Assembly: GCA_963663165.1 (NCBI GenBank)
Contig: OY760175.1
Location: forward strand, 1,792,001 to 1,856,000
Reading direction: 5' to 3'
DNA: 64,000 bases
DNA from: an uncultured Desulfospira sp.
GTDB taxonomy: Bacteria; Desulfobacterota; Desulfobacteria; Desulfobacterales; Desulfobacteraceae
Of this stretch, positions 63,191-64,000 are shown in pieces. A program made the translations under genes and the position numbers. The notes below the pieces were generated by a model that saw only the letters and a program-made list of their open reading frames with translations, ran no database searches and had not been told where the DNA came from. The first letter of the stretch is position 1; every line of letters begins with the position of its first letter.

Positions 63191-64000
63191 TCAGCGCTGG
63201 GGTGGGGGTTGATTTGAACTTGAGCCATAGGAGACTTTCTCCACAGGATCATCTATGGTAAAAGTGCCTGCGGATGTGCCGCCTGAATAGGTGCCGCCGG
63301 TATAAAGGCCGTCCTCTTCACTGCCGGTGCAGGTTCCCCCGGTGTAGACATTGTAGGTTGGGCTGGTGCTCAGCGATGGGGATGAGAACAGGATTGACGA
63401 ATAGGTATGGGCCGGCTGGAAGGTGACCAGGGCGGTACCGTCAGCCTCCTCAATGTGGAAAAGGCTTGCTGTTCCCGGTGATTCAACGCTGTGAAAACCG
63501 CCGCCCGGACCACCGGGGTTGCCGCCATTGTTGTCATTCTCGGTCAGCAGGACTGCGTACTGTCCTGAGACCGTGGGGACTTCCACCATGTTGGAATCGA
63601 CCTGTGAAACAATTACCAATCCGCCGGTGATGAGAAATTCTCCATTAACATCCACCCCCACGTTGGGCCCGGTTGCCGGGCCGTGGGCAATAAGGGTTCC
63701 GCCGGTGATGGTCAGGGTGCCGTTGCTGTCAATCCCGTCACCTTCCACGGCGGTGACGGCAACGTATCCGTCATTGATAACCAGTGTACTGCCGTCATTA
63801 AATTCAGAAGCCCCGCCTGTGGTGGCATTGAGGCCGTCATCGGTGGAGGCGATATGGAGTTCTCCCCCGTTGATTTGAATATCAGGGGCTTCCATGCCCT
63901 CAAAGGATTGCTGGATATCAATATATCCGCCCTGGATTTCAATGCCCTCTTCAGACTTAATCCCGTCGTCGGCCGAACTAATGGTGATGTTCCCGCTGAT
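63191..64000 (-). CDS. Cthe_2159-like beta-helix carbohydrate-binding protein, 3' part (continues beyond the window)
   Basis: INGG...DDGLNA, GDGIDSNG.LTITGG repeats; frame appears open to the window end. Confidence 0.7.
   Translation of the reverse strand: MSGNITISSADDGIKSEEGIEIQGGYIDIQQSFEGMEAPDIQINGGELHIASTDDGLNATTGGASEFNDGSTLVINDGYVAVTAVEGDGIDSNGTLTITGGTLIAHGPATGPNVGVDVNGEFLITGGLVIVSQVDSNMVEVPTVSGQYAVLLTENDNNGGNPGGPGGGFHSVESPGTASLFHIEEADGTALVTFQPAHTYSSILFSSPSLSTSPTYNVYTGGTCTGSEEDGLYTGGTYSGGTSAGTFTIDDPVEKVSYGSSSNQPPPQR

Noticed and set aside
3569..63942. Numerous antisense or nested ORFs in the six-frame track
   Set aside because: Shadows of well-supported genes, with no motifs or RBS.

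Overview
Bacterial chromosomal window, probably a Desulfobacteraceae-type sulfate reducer (inferred from gene content and repeat style only). It has two parts. (1) ~1-22.4 kb is an accessory Rhs polymorphic-toxin island. It holds one intact 1955-aa Rhs with a signal-peptide-like N-terminus, three orphan toxin-tip/immunity cassettes, two truncated Rhs 5' leaders and two XRE + type II TA operons. Embedded in it is a mobile module: CHC2/Toprim/P-loop primase, two tandem tyrosine recombinases and a structured spacer with an 11-6-11 dif-like site. The module ends almost exactly at the conserved Rhs core/toxin junction (SNNPLRFTDPDG) of an orphan YwqJ-like deaminase tip. The best candidate novel system is therefore an integrative element that site-specifically swaps Rhs toxin tips. 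It is accompanied by a deaminase/YwqK/endonuclease V trio and by recurrent stuttered GGGG-C junction motifs at cassette ends. (2) ~22.6-64 kb is mostly housekeeping and signalling genes: mutY, a patatin, a flippase-like/NRPS/glycosyltransferase operon, a diadenylate cyclase, recD2, an acyl-CoA synthetase, a divergent GlpX-like protein, GntR with a 2-oxoacid:ferredoxin oxidoreductase, a PPTase, hybrid kinases with CheR/CheB, aqpZ, a GH18 chitinase and a metallophosphoesterase. An unrecognised ~90-nt two-hairpin motif occurs as a tandem pair in two separate 5' leaders and is a candidate cis-regulatory RNA. No rRNA, tRNA or CRISPR array was recognised. All family calls come from motif recognition by eye, not from database searches.
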